A stretch of DNA of 64,000 bases, from the IMG/VR virus record IMGVR_UViG_3300005836_000015; one strand, given 5' to 3'. This DNA is from a virus. The translations under genes and the position numbers were made by a program. Below are positions 9,693-17,458 of the stretch, in pieces (position 1 is the stretch's first letter; every line of letters begins with the position of its first letter). The notes below the pieces were generated by a model. It did not search any database. It saw only the letters and a program-made list of their open reading frames with translations, and had not been told where the DNA came from.

Positions 9693-10145
9693 GATCCTCG
9701 ACGATTTTGGGGGTCGAAAGAAAAAGATCGATCGCGTGAACTTTTTCCCTTGCCTGTGCGTCGAAGGCGATGTACAGGAACAAGGCACGCTCGAAGAGAG
9801 CAACCGCAGGTACAGGGTGATGATTTCCTCAAGGCAGACGCAAACCAAATCGACGATGGGACCGATGGTCTCCACGTCGTGGTGCGTCCGTCATCTGGAA
9901 GCAGCGAAGCGCTTGGATTGCGCCTATCTTGCCATCCCCGTCACCACCTCCAGCCAGTTCGCCAATCCGGAGGTGGGTACCTAGGCGGCCTCAAGTTCAC
10001 CCGAGAGGGATCGAATGGAGGCCGCCCAGGGAAACCCAGGCGGCCTTCGGCGTTTCAGGGGTCCGTAGTCAAGGTACTCGGACCCGCGAGAGGAGTTGTG
10101 TTCCCTGCGCTCGTGAGCGCCACAGGAGACGTGTATCTGAAGTTT

Positions 10146-10225
10146 GGGGTGAGTGCTGGGACACAAGCTGGTCTGTAAAACCGGCGCCATAGGCTAGACG
10201 GGTTCGATTCCCGAACGCCCCACCA
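10146..10225 (+). tRNA. tRNA-Tyr(GTA)
   Basis: Cloverleaf, loop CT-GTA-AA, TTCGA T-loop, CCA. Confidence 0.85.
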
Positions 10226-10281
10226 AGGAAAAGAACGATGAAGGAGGTTCGAATGAAACAGAAGCTGCGTCCCGTCATCAC

Positions 10282-10353
10282 GGGGGCGTAGCTCAATGGT
10301 AGAGCTGGTGGCTTTTAACCACTAGGTTGGGGGTTCGAATCCCTCCGCCCTCA
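10282..10353 (+). tRNA. tRNA-Lys(TTT)
   Basis: Canonical cloverleaf, CT-TTT-AA. Confidence 0.92.
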
Positions 10354-10360
10354 CGAAAAT

Positions 10361-10435
10361 GGATCCGTAGTTCAGTGGCAGAACGGCAGACTCTTAATCT
10401 GCGCGAAGTGGGTTCGATTCCCACCGGATCCACCA
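10361..10435 (+). tRNA. tRNA-Lys(CTT)
   Basis: GCAGA-CT-CTT-AA-TCTGC, CCA end. Confidence 0.92.
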
Positions 10436-10750
10436 GGGTATCTCGCAAGAGGTTCCCCTGATCTCTGACAACCTGACAGGACTCTGAGTCCGCCCCTCAC
10501 CGTCTCTTCGGAGACGGAGAAACGCATCGCTGTACGCCCGGCATGGAGCCGGACACGGCACTGATGGTCCCCCGCTGCAAAGTAGGGCATCCGACTGCCA
10601 AAACCGGATGGAAGACGAGGCGCACTCTCTCCTGACTGTTCGTTTCGGTGGCGGGGCCGTTCTGCGGCCTGGGCTTCGGCTCTGGTCTCAGGGCGACCCC
10701 GCCACCTCGTTTTTTCGAAGGGAGCCCTCCCCCTTGAAGTGAGGAGTCAT

Positions 10751-10825
10751 TCCAGCGTAGCCAAGAGGAAAGGCAGTCGGCTGTTAACCGACCTATCGTA
10801 GGTTCGAATCCTACCGCTGGAGCCC
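10751..10825 (+). tRNA. tRNA-Asn(GTT)
   Basis: GTCGG-CT-GTT-AA-CCGAC. Confidence 0.92.
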
Positions 10826-10843
10826 ACGCAGGTAAGCGAACAT

Positions 10844-10914
10844 TGGGGTGTCGTCCAACGGTAGGACAGCGGTCTCTGAAGCCGTGAATGGAGGTTCGAT
10901 TCCTCCCGCCCCAG
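10844..10914 (+). tRNA. tRNA-Gln(CTG)
   Basis: GCGGT-CT-CTG-AA-GCCGT. Confidence 0.92.
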
Positions 10915-10916
10915 CC

Positions 10917-11086
10917 GATCGAGTATCCATCCGAACAGATCATACACGCAATTGTCGGTTCGAATCCGACCTCCCCCTCCGGAGCCTCGGCTCCTCAAGT
11001 TTGGGGGAGTAGCCTAACTGGAAAAGGCAACGGCCAGCAAAGCCGTCTCGCAAGAGACCCTGCTCTGTCCCCTCGGATACTTGATC
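10917..11086 (+). ncRNA. Y-RNA-like element with circularly permuted tRNA body
   Basis: Terminal helix GTATCC/GGATAC, CCGA/TCGG, ACAGA/TCTGT plus TACACGCA; then T arm and 3' acceptor strand CTCCCCC precede 5' strand GGGGGAG, D arm and anticodon arm (loop CAGCAAA). Confidence 0.75.
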
Positions 11087-11092
11087 GAATCT

Positions 11093-11164
11093 GCCGATGT
11101 AGCTCCAAGGTGGAGCGCCTGTTTCGTAATCAGGAGGGCTGGGGTTCGATTCCCCTCGTCGGCT
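11093..11164 (+). tRNA. tRNA-Thr(CGT)
   Basis: CCTG-T-TT-CGT-AA-T-CAGG; acceptor GCCGATG/CGTCGGC. Confidence 0.88.
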
Positions 11165-11301
11165 CCGCTGACTTCTCTGGTGACAGTGCCCGCCCACTAG
11201 GCGAGGTGCATGCTCGACGGTTTCGGTGGTGGATCCCCCTGAACCAAGGCCCCTGACTGATCACCCGGGCCGTGAGATCGACCTTGAAGTTGGCGTGCAA
11301 T

Positions 11302-11377
11302 GCACCCGTAGTCTAACCGGCAAGGATACCGGCCTTTCAAGTCGGATGGTAGGGGTTCGAGTCCCCTCGGGTGCGCC
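11302..11377 (+). tRNA. tRNA-Glu(TTC)
   Basis: CCGGC-CT-TTC-AA-GTCGG. Confidence 0.9.
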
Positions 11378-11422
11378 GCTGGCTCTCGTCGTGTAGTCTC
11401 GCGATGGTCGGCAAGTTCGAAT

Positions 11423-11497
11423 GCCCTGGAAGCTAACTAGGTAGAAGCGGCGGTTTGAAAAACCGCAGGAGTTGGTTCGATACCAACCCGGGGCACC
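11423..11497 (+). tRNA. tRNA-Phe(GAA)
   Basis: GCGGT-TT-GAA-AA-ACCGC. Confidence 0.88.
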
Positions 11498-11579
11498 GCA
11501 GAGAGGGAGCAACGGTAGCTCGGAGGGCTCATAACCCTTTGCCTCTGGCTAACCAGGTTCGATTCCTGGCTCTGCAACC
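11497..11579 (+). tRNA. tRNA-Met(CAT), initiator-like
   Basis: GAGGG-CT-CAT-AA-CCCTT with three G-C pairs and a C1:A72 mismatch. Confidence 0.82.
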
Positions 11580-11654
11580 GGGATGTAGCGCAATTTGGAA
11601 GCGCGGGGGCTCTGGAAGCCTCAGGTTGGGGGTTCGAGTCCCTCCATCCCGACC
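11579..11654 (+). tRNA. tRNA-Pro(TGG)
   Basis: CGGGATG acceptor, TGG anticodon, TTCGA T-loop. Confidence 0.88.
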
Positions 11655-11717
11655 GAGAGAACGGCGAGGTCCGAGACGCATGGTTCTCGGCATCGTGAGA
11701 CCTCTCGACCTAGAAGA

Positions 11718-11791
11718 GGGCCCGTAGCTCAGTGGTTGAGCATCTCCCTGACGCGGAGAAGGTGAAGGTTCGATTCCTTCCGGGCCTACCA
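11718..11791 (+). tRNA. tRNA-Val(GAC)
   Basis: TCTCC-CT-GAC-GC-GGAGA, CCA. Confidence 0.92.
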
Positions 11792-11831
11792 TCCGAAAAA
11801 GTTCGGATCCCTAACTCGATCGCCCTCGGTT

Positions 11832-11839
11832 CCGGTGTA
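11832..11839 (+). promoter_or_regulatory. candidate phage promoter motif CCGGTGTA
   Basis: Upstream of the vWA/ubiquitin-like operon. Confidence 0.55.
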
Positions 11840-11872
11840 CTTCTCTGGAGCCAACCGCGATTGCGGAGGAAA

Positions 11873-13744
11873 ATGAAGATGGACCGTGAAAACCTGGGAC
11901 CGGCGGAGCGCATCATCCAGACGCTCCTCGCTTACTCCGACCACATGTACCACAACCGGCCGGGCATCGTGACCCAGGCCCCGGGCTCCGTCACGGGGGT
12001 CCTCTGGCAGCCGGCCGTCCGCAAGACCGAGAAGGTCGACGGGGCCGACAAGAACCACATCTACCAGCTCGCCAAGCAGGGGAAGAAGACGACGAAGACG
12101 CTCGTCGGAAGCCTCTGGCAGGACGGGACGGTTCGGACGGACGACCGCCGTAAGGTGGCCGAGTTCCGTGAGCCTGGCATCTTCCCCGAGGTTGCCTCCT
12201 GGTGCTACCAGCAGGTCGCCGAGGTCTGGAAGCTCGACAACGAGTTCGCAGCCCGCTGGGCGTCCTACGCCTTCGGGGACAAGTCGACGAGCCGGGACAT
12301 GAAGGTCGTTCTCGCGGCGTTCATGCTCTGCCAGTCTCGTCGGGGTGACCCGGTGAAGGAGAACGGCCAGGTGCTCTTCCTCGACGACGACTTCCGGAAC
12401 GTCGGGGAGGCGATGACGCTGCTTCCTGGTGGCTTCGACCTGAAGCTCCTGCTCCGGATCCGTGAGGTTCTGGAGCTCGAGACGGTGGCCAAGATCAACC
12501 GGGAGCTCGGCTTCGGCCGGTCGGCTCGGAAGGCTCACCTCGGTCGTTGGCCGGTCGTTGCGGCCAAGTGGCTGCGGTATCGGGAGCAGAACCCGAAGGT
12601 TCTCGACGGGCTCCTGAAGTCCGGGTTCCGCAAGTCGGTCATCAAGCTCTGCAAGGCGATCGGCTACAAGCCCACGACTCCGGAGGTCTTCCGGAAGCTC
12701 CGCTGGCAGCAGGCTCAGGCGGCCGATGGTCGTCGGGGCATCGCCATCGGAGAGAAGGTCGAGGCCGGGGAGACCTGGATCGGCCTGAAGGAGGAGCAGG
12801 TCTGCGAACGCATCCTCCGGGACAAGCCGACCTTCAAGCAGATCGTCGGCAAGCTCCCGGAAGGGCTCACGCGGGCCATCGTGGCGGCAGCCATCGAGGC
12901 TGGATCCTTCTCGGACAAGGACCTCATCATCTTCACGCCGACGCTCGAGGAACTGGGCCTGCTCAAGGTCCAGGACGTTCGGGAGCGGTGGGAGAAGGCG
13001 GTCCGGTCGGCCGAGGACCAGCGGGCGGCGAACATCGCCCGCAACGTCCAGTCGAAGGAGACGAAGGAGAAGCTCCAGGAGGGCGCCGACACCGCTGTCA
13101 AGGCGGCGGTGGAGGAGGTCATCAAGGGCATCCGGGTCTACTTCATGGTCGACATCTCGGCTTCGATGCAGGGTGCGATCGACGCGGCCAAGAGGTACAT
13201 CGGGAAGTTCCTCAGCGGCTTCCCGCCGGAGCAGATCCACATCTCTGTGTTCAACACGGGAGGCCGTGAGGTGACCCTCAAGCACGCTTCGGCGGCTGGG
13301 GTGGACCAGGCGTTCCGTGGGATCATGGCGGGTGGTGGAACCGACTACGGCGCCGGTGTTCGGGCGCTCCAGCACCACAAGCCGAAGGCAGACGAGGACG
13401 TGCTCTTCATCTTCGTCGGCGACGAGGAGGCGAACCCCTTCGTGGATGCTGTCCGTCTCTCGGGCCTCAACCCGATGGCGTTCGGCTTCCTCAAGGTTCG
13501 GAACTCGCCGAACTACTCGGCCGTCACCACGACGGCGGCTCAGCTCGGCATCCCGTGCTTCATGATCGACGAGAAGACGTTCGAGGACCCCTACGCTATC
13601 CCCAGGACGGTGAGGGCTCTCGTGGCGGCTACCCCCGTCGGCAAGGCGCACGCAGCGGCTCCGGTGGTCCGTGTTTCCCTCGTGGACACGATCATGAAGA
13701 CGGAGCTGCTCAAGAAGCCGGTCTGGGCAGACGCAGCAGCGTGA
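11873..13744 (+). CDS. vWA-domain protein with helical N-terminal domain (TROVE/Ro60-like architecture)
   Basis: C-terminal MIDAS VYFMVDISASMQG...GGGTD...FVGDEE; basic helical N-terminal region; GGAGG RBS before ATG 11873. vWA is firm; TROVE is inference. Confidence 0.75.
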   Translation: MKMDRENLGPAERIIQTLLAYSDHMYHNRPGIVTQAPGSVTGVLWQPAVRKTEKVDGADKNHIYQLAKQGKKTTKTLVGSLWQDGTVRTDDRRKVAEFREPGIFPEVASWCYQQVAEVWKLDNEFAARWASYAFGDKSTSRDMKVVLAAFMLCQSRRGDPVKENGQVLFLDDDFRNVGEAMTLLPGGFDLKLLLRIREVLELETVAKINRELGFGRSARKAHLGRWPVVAAKWLRYREQNPKVLDGLLKSGFRKSVIKLCKAIGYKPTTPEVFRKLRWQQAQAADGRRGIAIGEKVEAGETWIGLKEEQVCERILRDKPTFKQIVGKLPEGLTRAIVAAAIEAGSFSDKDLIIFTPTLEELGLLKVQDVRERWEKAVRSAEDQRAANIARNVQSKETKEKLQEGADTAVKAAVEEVIKGIRVYFMVDISASMQGAIDAAKRYIGKFLSGFPPEQIHISVFNTGGREVTLKHASAAGVDQAFRGIMAGGGTDYGAGVRALQHHKPKADEDVLFIFVGDEEANPFVDAVRLSGLNPMAFGFLKVRNSPNYSAVTTTAAQLGIPCFMIDEKTFEDPYAIPRTVRALVAATPVGKAHAAAPVVRVSLVDTIMKTELLKKPVWADAAA

Positions 13745-13752
13745 GGTGAACC

Positions 13753-14709
13753 ATGGGATGGAGGGATCTTCTTCAGACACAGGATGAGAGGGTGACCTCT
13801 CCTTGGGTCGGAGGAAGGTCCCTCCGCACCCAGGACCGAACGTGGACCATCGAAGGTCGTCTTCCTCAGGAGGTCGGCTGGTACACGTTCAAGCTCAACG
13901 GCCGCAAGGCAAGGGTCGACCGTCCGACGGAGCCCTCTCACGAGACCCTCGGGCACGTCGTGAAGGGCTACCTGGTCGGTGACCGGATCGTCCCGGATGG
14001 TGTTCGGATCGTCCCGAGCATCGCCCAGGTGGCTGGGGCCTCGGAAACGGTCCACCTCATCGAGCCCGGGCTCGATCGCTTCGTCCGTGTTGCGGCAGGT
14101 CGTCCTTTCGAGGAGGGTCCTCTCGTCTACATCGGGCAGGAGTTCCCGCTTGGCCCCGAAGAAGCAGTCCTTCAGGCGTACCTCGATGGGCTTCGTTCCG
14201 TCGGGCATGTTCAGGGGGTTGCTCCGGCCCTCGATGCGGCTTTCCGTATCGAGGTCTGGCAGAAGGTCGAAGCCGAACGTCGACGTCTCGAAGAAGAGCG
14301 TCGTCGTCGAGAGGAAGAAGAGCGCCTGGCTCAGGAAGAGCGTCGGCGTCAGATCGTCGAACGGCTCGGTGATGGCCAGGGTCGAAGGGAGATGGCTCTC
14401 GTCGACTTTGGGGAGGCAGCACGGGCGGCCCTCGCAGTTGGGGGTGCTACTTACCTCGACCATCGTCCTTCGGTTCGGCGGGGTGAGATGACCGTCCGGT
14501 TTCGGCTGGATGGTCGTCGATTCGAGTGCGTCTGTTCGCAGGCCCTTCGAATCATCGACGCCGGCATCTGTCTCACGGCGCACTACGACGACCCGGACTT
14601 CGAGGCGGGAACGAAGGGCGATGAGCTCTTCACGTTGGAGTCTCTCCCGGCGGTCATCCGTCAGGCGCAGGAAGAAGGAAAGCTTGTCGTGTTTCGGCAC
14701 GTCGACTAG
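13753..14709 (+). CDS. putative E2 (UBC-fold)-like protein
   Basis: C-terminal IDAGICL...FTLESLPAVIRQA parallels the E2 G-x-I-C-L active site and following helix; central Glu/Arg coiled coil; operon context. Confidence 0.5.
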   Translation: MGWRDLLQTQDERVTSPWVGGRSLRTQDRTWTIEGRLPQEVGWYTFKLNGRKARVDRPTEPSHETLGHVVKGYLVGDRIVPDGVRIVPSIAQVAGASETVHLIEPGLDRFVRVAAGRPFEEGPLVYIGQEFPLGPEEAVLQAYLDGLRSVGHVQGVAPALDAAFRIEVWQKVEAERRRLEEERRRREEEERLAQEERRRQIVERLGDGQGRREMALVDFGEAARAALAVGGATYLDHRPSVRRGEMTVRFRLDGRRFECVCSQALRIIDAGICLTAHYDDPDFEAGTKGDELFTLESLPAVIRQAQEEGKLVVFRHVD

Positions 14710-14717
14710 AGGAAACC

Positions 14718-14891
14718 ATGAAGGCGCAGGACAAGGACGAGACCTACCAGGGCATCGGCCGGAAGCGTCGGCGCCTCATGGTTCGCCTCTGGAAGGAAAG
14801 TGGAACGACCCTGAGCCTCAAGGCTTGGGCGAAGATGGCGGAGATCGGCGAGGTCGGCCACGTCTGGATCAACGCGAAGCGAGGTCTGTGA
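14718..14891 (+). CDS. small hypothetical protein (57 aa)
   Basis: GAGGA RBS, MKAQDKDE...AKRGL; TGA overlaps next ATG; absent from the ORF track. Confidence 0.55.
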   Translation: MKAQDKDETYQGIGRKRRRLMVRLWKESGTTLSLKAWAKMAEIGEVGHVWINAKRGL

Positions 14892-15262
14892 TGGAAGCCG
14901 GAGTTGTTCTCGATCTACAGGGTCAGCCGATCCACTGGCACCTGCCCCCGGGTCGAACTGCGGGGTCTCTTCCCGAGAGTCCCGACCTCTGGGATGTATT
15001 CTGGGGGAATCGGGACAATCTTTCGGGATTTGCTCACAGCCATCCCGGATCCGGTGTACCTGGTCCATCGTACACGGATGTCACGACGTTCGCCGCTGTC
15101 GAAGCGGGCCTCGGAGCTCGTCTCGACTGGTGGATCACGAGCAGCGATTCGGTTGCCCTCTTCCGTTGGAAGGGGCCCGATCGCCTGAGCTACCAACGAG
15201 AACCCTTGGCTTCGGTCCCCGCTTGGGTGACCGAGCTTCGTCGGGTCTCGAACCAGATGTAG
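14891..15262 (+). CDS. JAB/JAMM (MPN+) metallo-isopeptidase
   Basis: N-terminal Glu (MEAG) and AHSHPGSGVPGPSYTD = HxH...SxxD. Confidence 0.85.
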   Translation: MEAGVVLDLQGQPIHWHLPPGRTAGSLPESPDLWDVFWGNRDNLSGFAHSHPGSGVPGPSYTDVTTFAAVEAGLGARLDWWITSSDSVALFRWKGPDRLSYQREPLASVPAWVTELRRVSNQM

Positions 15263-15276
15263 AAAGGAGGCCGATC

Positions 15277-15543
15277 ATGGCCGAGGTCATCAGGGCCGAC
15301 GAGGCCCGTCTCAACATCACGTGGCAGCGCAACAACGGCGACCTCCCCGATCCGGTCTCCTTCGACGCAGCGGACGGGGACATCTTCCAGTGGGCGGCCG
15401 AGGCCGTTCGTGGGGGAGGGGTCCCGGGCATCCCGGCCGACCCTGGCGTCAACTTCCAGGACTTCGTGGTCCGTCGGTTCTCGGCCACGGCCGACAACCC
15501 GGTCAACCGGATCATGATCCACCCGAAGACGCCGTTCGGCTGA
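15277..15543 (+). CDS. ubiquitin-like (beta-grasp) protein with C-terminal Gly
   Basis: 88 aa, AGGAGG RBS, ends RIMIHPKTPFG-stop; lies between JAB and E1 genes. Confidence 0.7.
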   Translation: MAEVIRADEARLNITWQRNNGDLPDPVSFDAADGDIFQWAAEAVRGGGVPGIPADPGVNFQDFVVRRFSATADNPVNRIMIHPKTPFG

Positions 15544-15556
15544 ACTGGAGGTCACG

Positions 15557-16132
15557 ATGAAGACGATCGTCATCGTGGGCGTGGGAGCCCTCGGTTCTCA
15601 CGCCGTCCAGTTCCTCCGCAACGTCGAGGCGACGATCCGTGTGGTCGACTTCGATCGGGTCGAGCAGCGGAACGTCATGGCGCAGTTCCACGGCAAGCCG
15701 AGTGTCGGCAAGGCCAAGGTCCAGAGCCTCCAGCAGGCGATGGACTTCCTCTTCAAGAGGAAGGTCGAAGCGGTCCCTCACAAGCTCGTCGAGAACAACG
15801 CCAAGGAGCTCCTCGGCTCGGCCGATCTCGTGATCGACTGCCTCGACAACGGCGAAGGACGACGGGTCATCCAGAGCTTCGTTCGGAAGGCCAAGGTTCC
15901 GTGCCTGCATGGGGCCCTGGCAGCCGACGGAAGCTTCGGATCGGTCCTCTGGGACGAGCACTTCGTCATCGACGACGTGACCGGCACCGGCAAGACCTGC
16001 GAGGACGGGGAGCACCTCCCCTTCATCGGCATGGTCGCCGTTCTGCTGGCTCAGGCCGCCCAGGAGTTCCTGCTGCATGGTCGCCAGGAGGGCTTCAACG
16101 TCTTCCCGGGCGGCCTGGTGAAAATCGGCTGA
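15557..16132 (+). CDS. ThiF/MoeB/E1-like adenylyltransferase
   Basis: IVGVGALGS, DFDRVEQRN..Q, K.K, DCLDN...R; candidate catalytic Cys in KTCEDG. Confidence 0.92.
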   Translation: MKTIVIVGVGALGSHAVQFLRNVEATIRVVDFDRVEQRNVMAQFHGKPSVGKAKVQSLQQAMDFLFKRKVEAVPHKLVENNAKELLGSADLVIDCLDNGEGRRVIQSFVRKAKVPCLHGALAADGSFGSVLWDEHFVIDDVTGTGKTCEDGEHLPFIGMVAVLLAQAAQEFLLHGRQEGFNVFPGGLVKIG

Positions 16133-16165
16133 CGGCCGTCAGATTTTTCTTCCGGCGGCCGTTTT

Positions 16166-16173
16166 CCGGTGTA
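16166..16173 (+). promoter_or_regulatory. candidate phage promoter motif CCGGTGTA
   Basis: TTTTCCGGTGTATACAAT directly before the chimeric RNA cluster. Confidence 0.55.
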
Positions 16174-16237
16174 TACAATGGCTCAAGGCGGGCTGTCGCC
16201 GCCTCAGACCCTGAAGTTAGGGGTTCGACAGCATCTC

Positions 16238-16379
16238 GGAGGACACTGAGGGTTGGTCCCTCGCCAGTCTCGTAAAACTGGTGCCAAAAGCACAACCCGC
16301 ACCGCGCCCTCGGTTCCCGTAAGGGAGCCATCCGAACGGTTCGTACACGCAACTTGGTTCGAATCCAAGGTCCTCCACC
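16238..16379 (+). ncRNA. tRNA-Tyr(GTA)-like RNA with conserved helix inserted before the T arm
   Basis: GGAGGAC/GTCCTCC acceptor, CCAGT...GTA...ACTGG arm, insert CCGCACCG...CCGAACGGTTCGTACACGCA, CTTGG-TTCGAAT-CCAAG T arm. Confidence 0.75.
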
Positions 16380-16395
16380 GACCGCACCCAACTGA

Positions 16396-16506
16396 CTGGA
16401 CCTCACAAGCATCTAGCGGGTTCGACTCCCGTCTTCTCCGCAAGGAGATGAAGCCAAACGGTAAGGCACTCGTCTGCAACACGAGCATCTAGCAACCAAG
16501 GTCCAG
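16396..16506 (+). ncRNA. circularly permuted tRNA-Cys(GCA)-like RNA
   Basis: T arm, then CTTCTCC-GCAA-GGAGATG closed acceptor, D arm, CTCGT-CT-GCA-AC-ACGAG; closed by CTGGACCT/AGGTCCAG. Confidence 0.75.
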
Positions 16507-16529
16507 CCCCTCGGGTAGGTCGAAACTTT

Positions 16530-16666
16530 GCCGGCTATGAGGGACGGTCCCTCACTTCCCTGTCAAGGAAAGCAATCCCCCGCACTGAGCACTCTCCTCT
16601 CCTCGTGGGAGGAAACCGCTGAGTTCGTACACGCACTTTCTGGTTCGACTCCAGAAGCCGGCGCCA
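16530..16666 (+). ncRNA. tRNA-Asp(GTC)-like RNA with conserved helix inserted before the T arm
   Basis: GCCGGCT/AGCCGGC-G-CCA acceptor, CT-GTC-AA loop, insert ending GTTCGTACACGCA. Confidence 0.75.
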
Positions 16667-16667
16667 G

Positions 16668-16789
16668 GGGCATCCAACCGAGCAGTTCGTACACGCAAGT
16701 AGCTCAATGTAGAGCAACGGCCTTGAACGCCGTGGGTTGTGGAGTCAAATCCACCTCGCACAAATCCGCACTGCCACCTCGGATGTCCC
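16668..16789 (+). ncRNA. Y-RNA-like element enclosing tRNA-Ser(TGA)-like arms
   Basis: GGGCATCC/GGATGTCC terminal helix, CCGAGCAGTTCGTACACGCA, D arm, ACGGC-CT-TGA-AC-GCCGT, degenerate T arm. Confidence 0.7.
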
Positions 16790-16798
16790 GAATCTTTT

Positions 16799-16945
16799 GG
16801 CCCGTACGGGGAACGGTACCCCACCTGCCTCATCAGCAGGAGCCGCCGCAAGGCGCTCTTCCCGCACCGTATTCTCGGTCCTCTCACGGGGACCAACCGC
16901 ACGGTTCGTACACGCATAGAAGGTTCGACTCCTTCACGGGCCTCC
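16799..16945 (+). ncRNA. tRNA(CAT)-like RNA with conserved helix inserted before the T arm
   Basis: GGCCCGT/ACGGGCC acceptor, CCTGC-CT-CAT-CA-GCAGG, insert ending CGGTTCGTACACGCA, GAAGG-TTCGACT-CCTTC. Confidence 0.75.
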
Positions 16946-16971
16946 TCTTCTCTCAAATCGCAGCAAGTCAC

Positions 16972-17057
16972 GCGGACGTGGCGGAATGGCAGACGCACTA
17001 GCTTGAGGTGCTAGCGGGTGAAAATCCCGTGGAGGTTCGAGTCCTCTCGTCCGCACC
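16972..17057 (+). tRNA. tRNA-Leu(GAG)
   Basis: Class II cloverleaf, CTAGC-TT-GAG-GT-GCTAG. Confidence 0.93.
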
Positions 17058-17226
17058 GATCGTCATCCATCTGAACAGATCATACACGCAAAATAGTGGG
17101 TTCGACTCCCACCTCCTCCACCGGGTCTTCGGACCTGAAAATGGGGGAGAAGCCCAACGGTAGGGCACCGGTACATGGAAACCGGCTCGAAAGAGCAACT
17201 CTGCTCTGTTTCCTCGGATGACGATC
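17058..17226 (+). ncRNA. Y-RNA-like element with circularly permuted tRNA body
   Basis: GATCGTCATCC/GGATGACGATC terminal helix, AACAGATCATACACGCA, T arm and CTCCTCC before GGGGGAG, D arm and anticodon-like arm. Confidence 0.75.
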
Positions 17227-17346
17227 AATCTTTTCCCCTCGAAGGCTTCCTGGTGGGGACCAAGCGGGCCGGTTTGATCAACCGGAAGCGCACGTAGAGC
17301 GAGTACACACCCTCGCCCTCACCAGAAAGCCTTCGAGGAACATCAC

Positions 17347-17423
17347 CGGGATATGGCGCAACCTGGTAGCGCACCTGTCTGGGGGACAGGGGGTTGTCGG
17401 TTCGAGTCCGGCTATCCCGACCA
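17347..17423 (+). tRNA. tRNA-Pro(GGG)
   Basis: CCTGT-CT-GGG-GG-ACAGG, CCA. Confidence 0.92.
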
Positions 17424-17458
17424 GAGGCTTGGGCCCGCCTCTTTCCTGGAGCCACCCA

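Noticed and set aside
11732-11872. Upstream-extended starts in the ORF track (11732, 19524, 30918, 27920, 34682)
   Set aside because: The 11732 extension overlaps tRNA-Val; in the others a downstream ATG with an RBS, signal peptide or domain boundary fits better.
11786-13780. Long antisense ORFs (also 36998-38404, 44864-46510, 58704-60032, 19458-20810)
   Set aside because: Shadow frames opposite well-supported GC-rich genes, with no motifs of their own.
16238-17226. Repeated GTTCGTACACGCA as a CRISPR array
   Set aside because: Copies are degenerate and irregularly spaced, and the intervening sequences are tRNA arms. No cas operon is present; the Cas4-like nuclease at 57683 sits in a recombination cluster.
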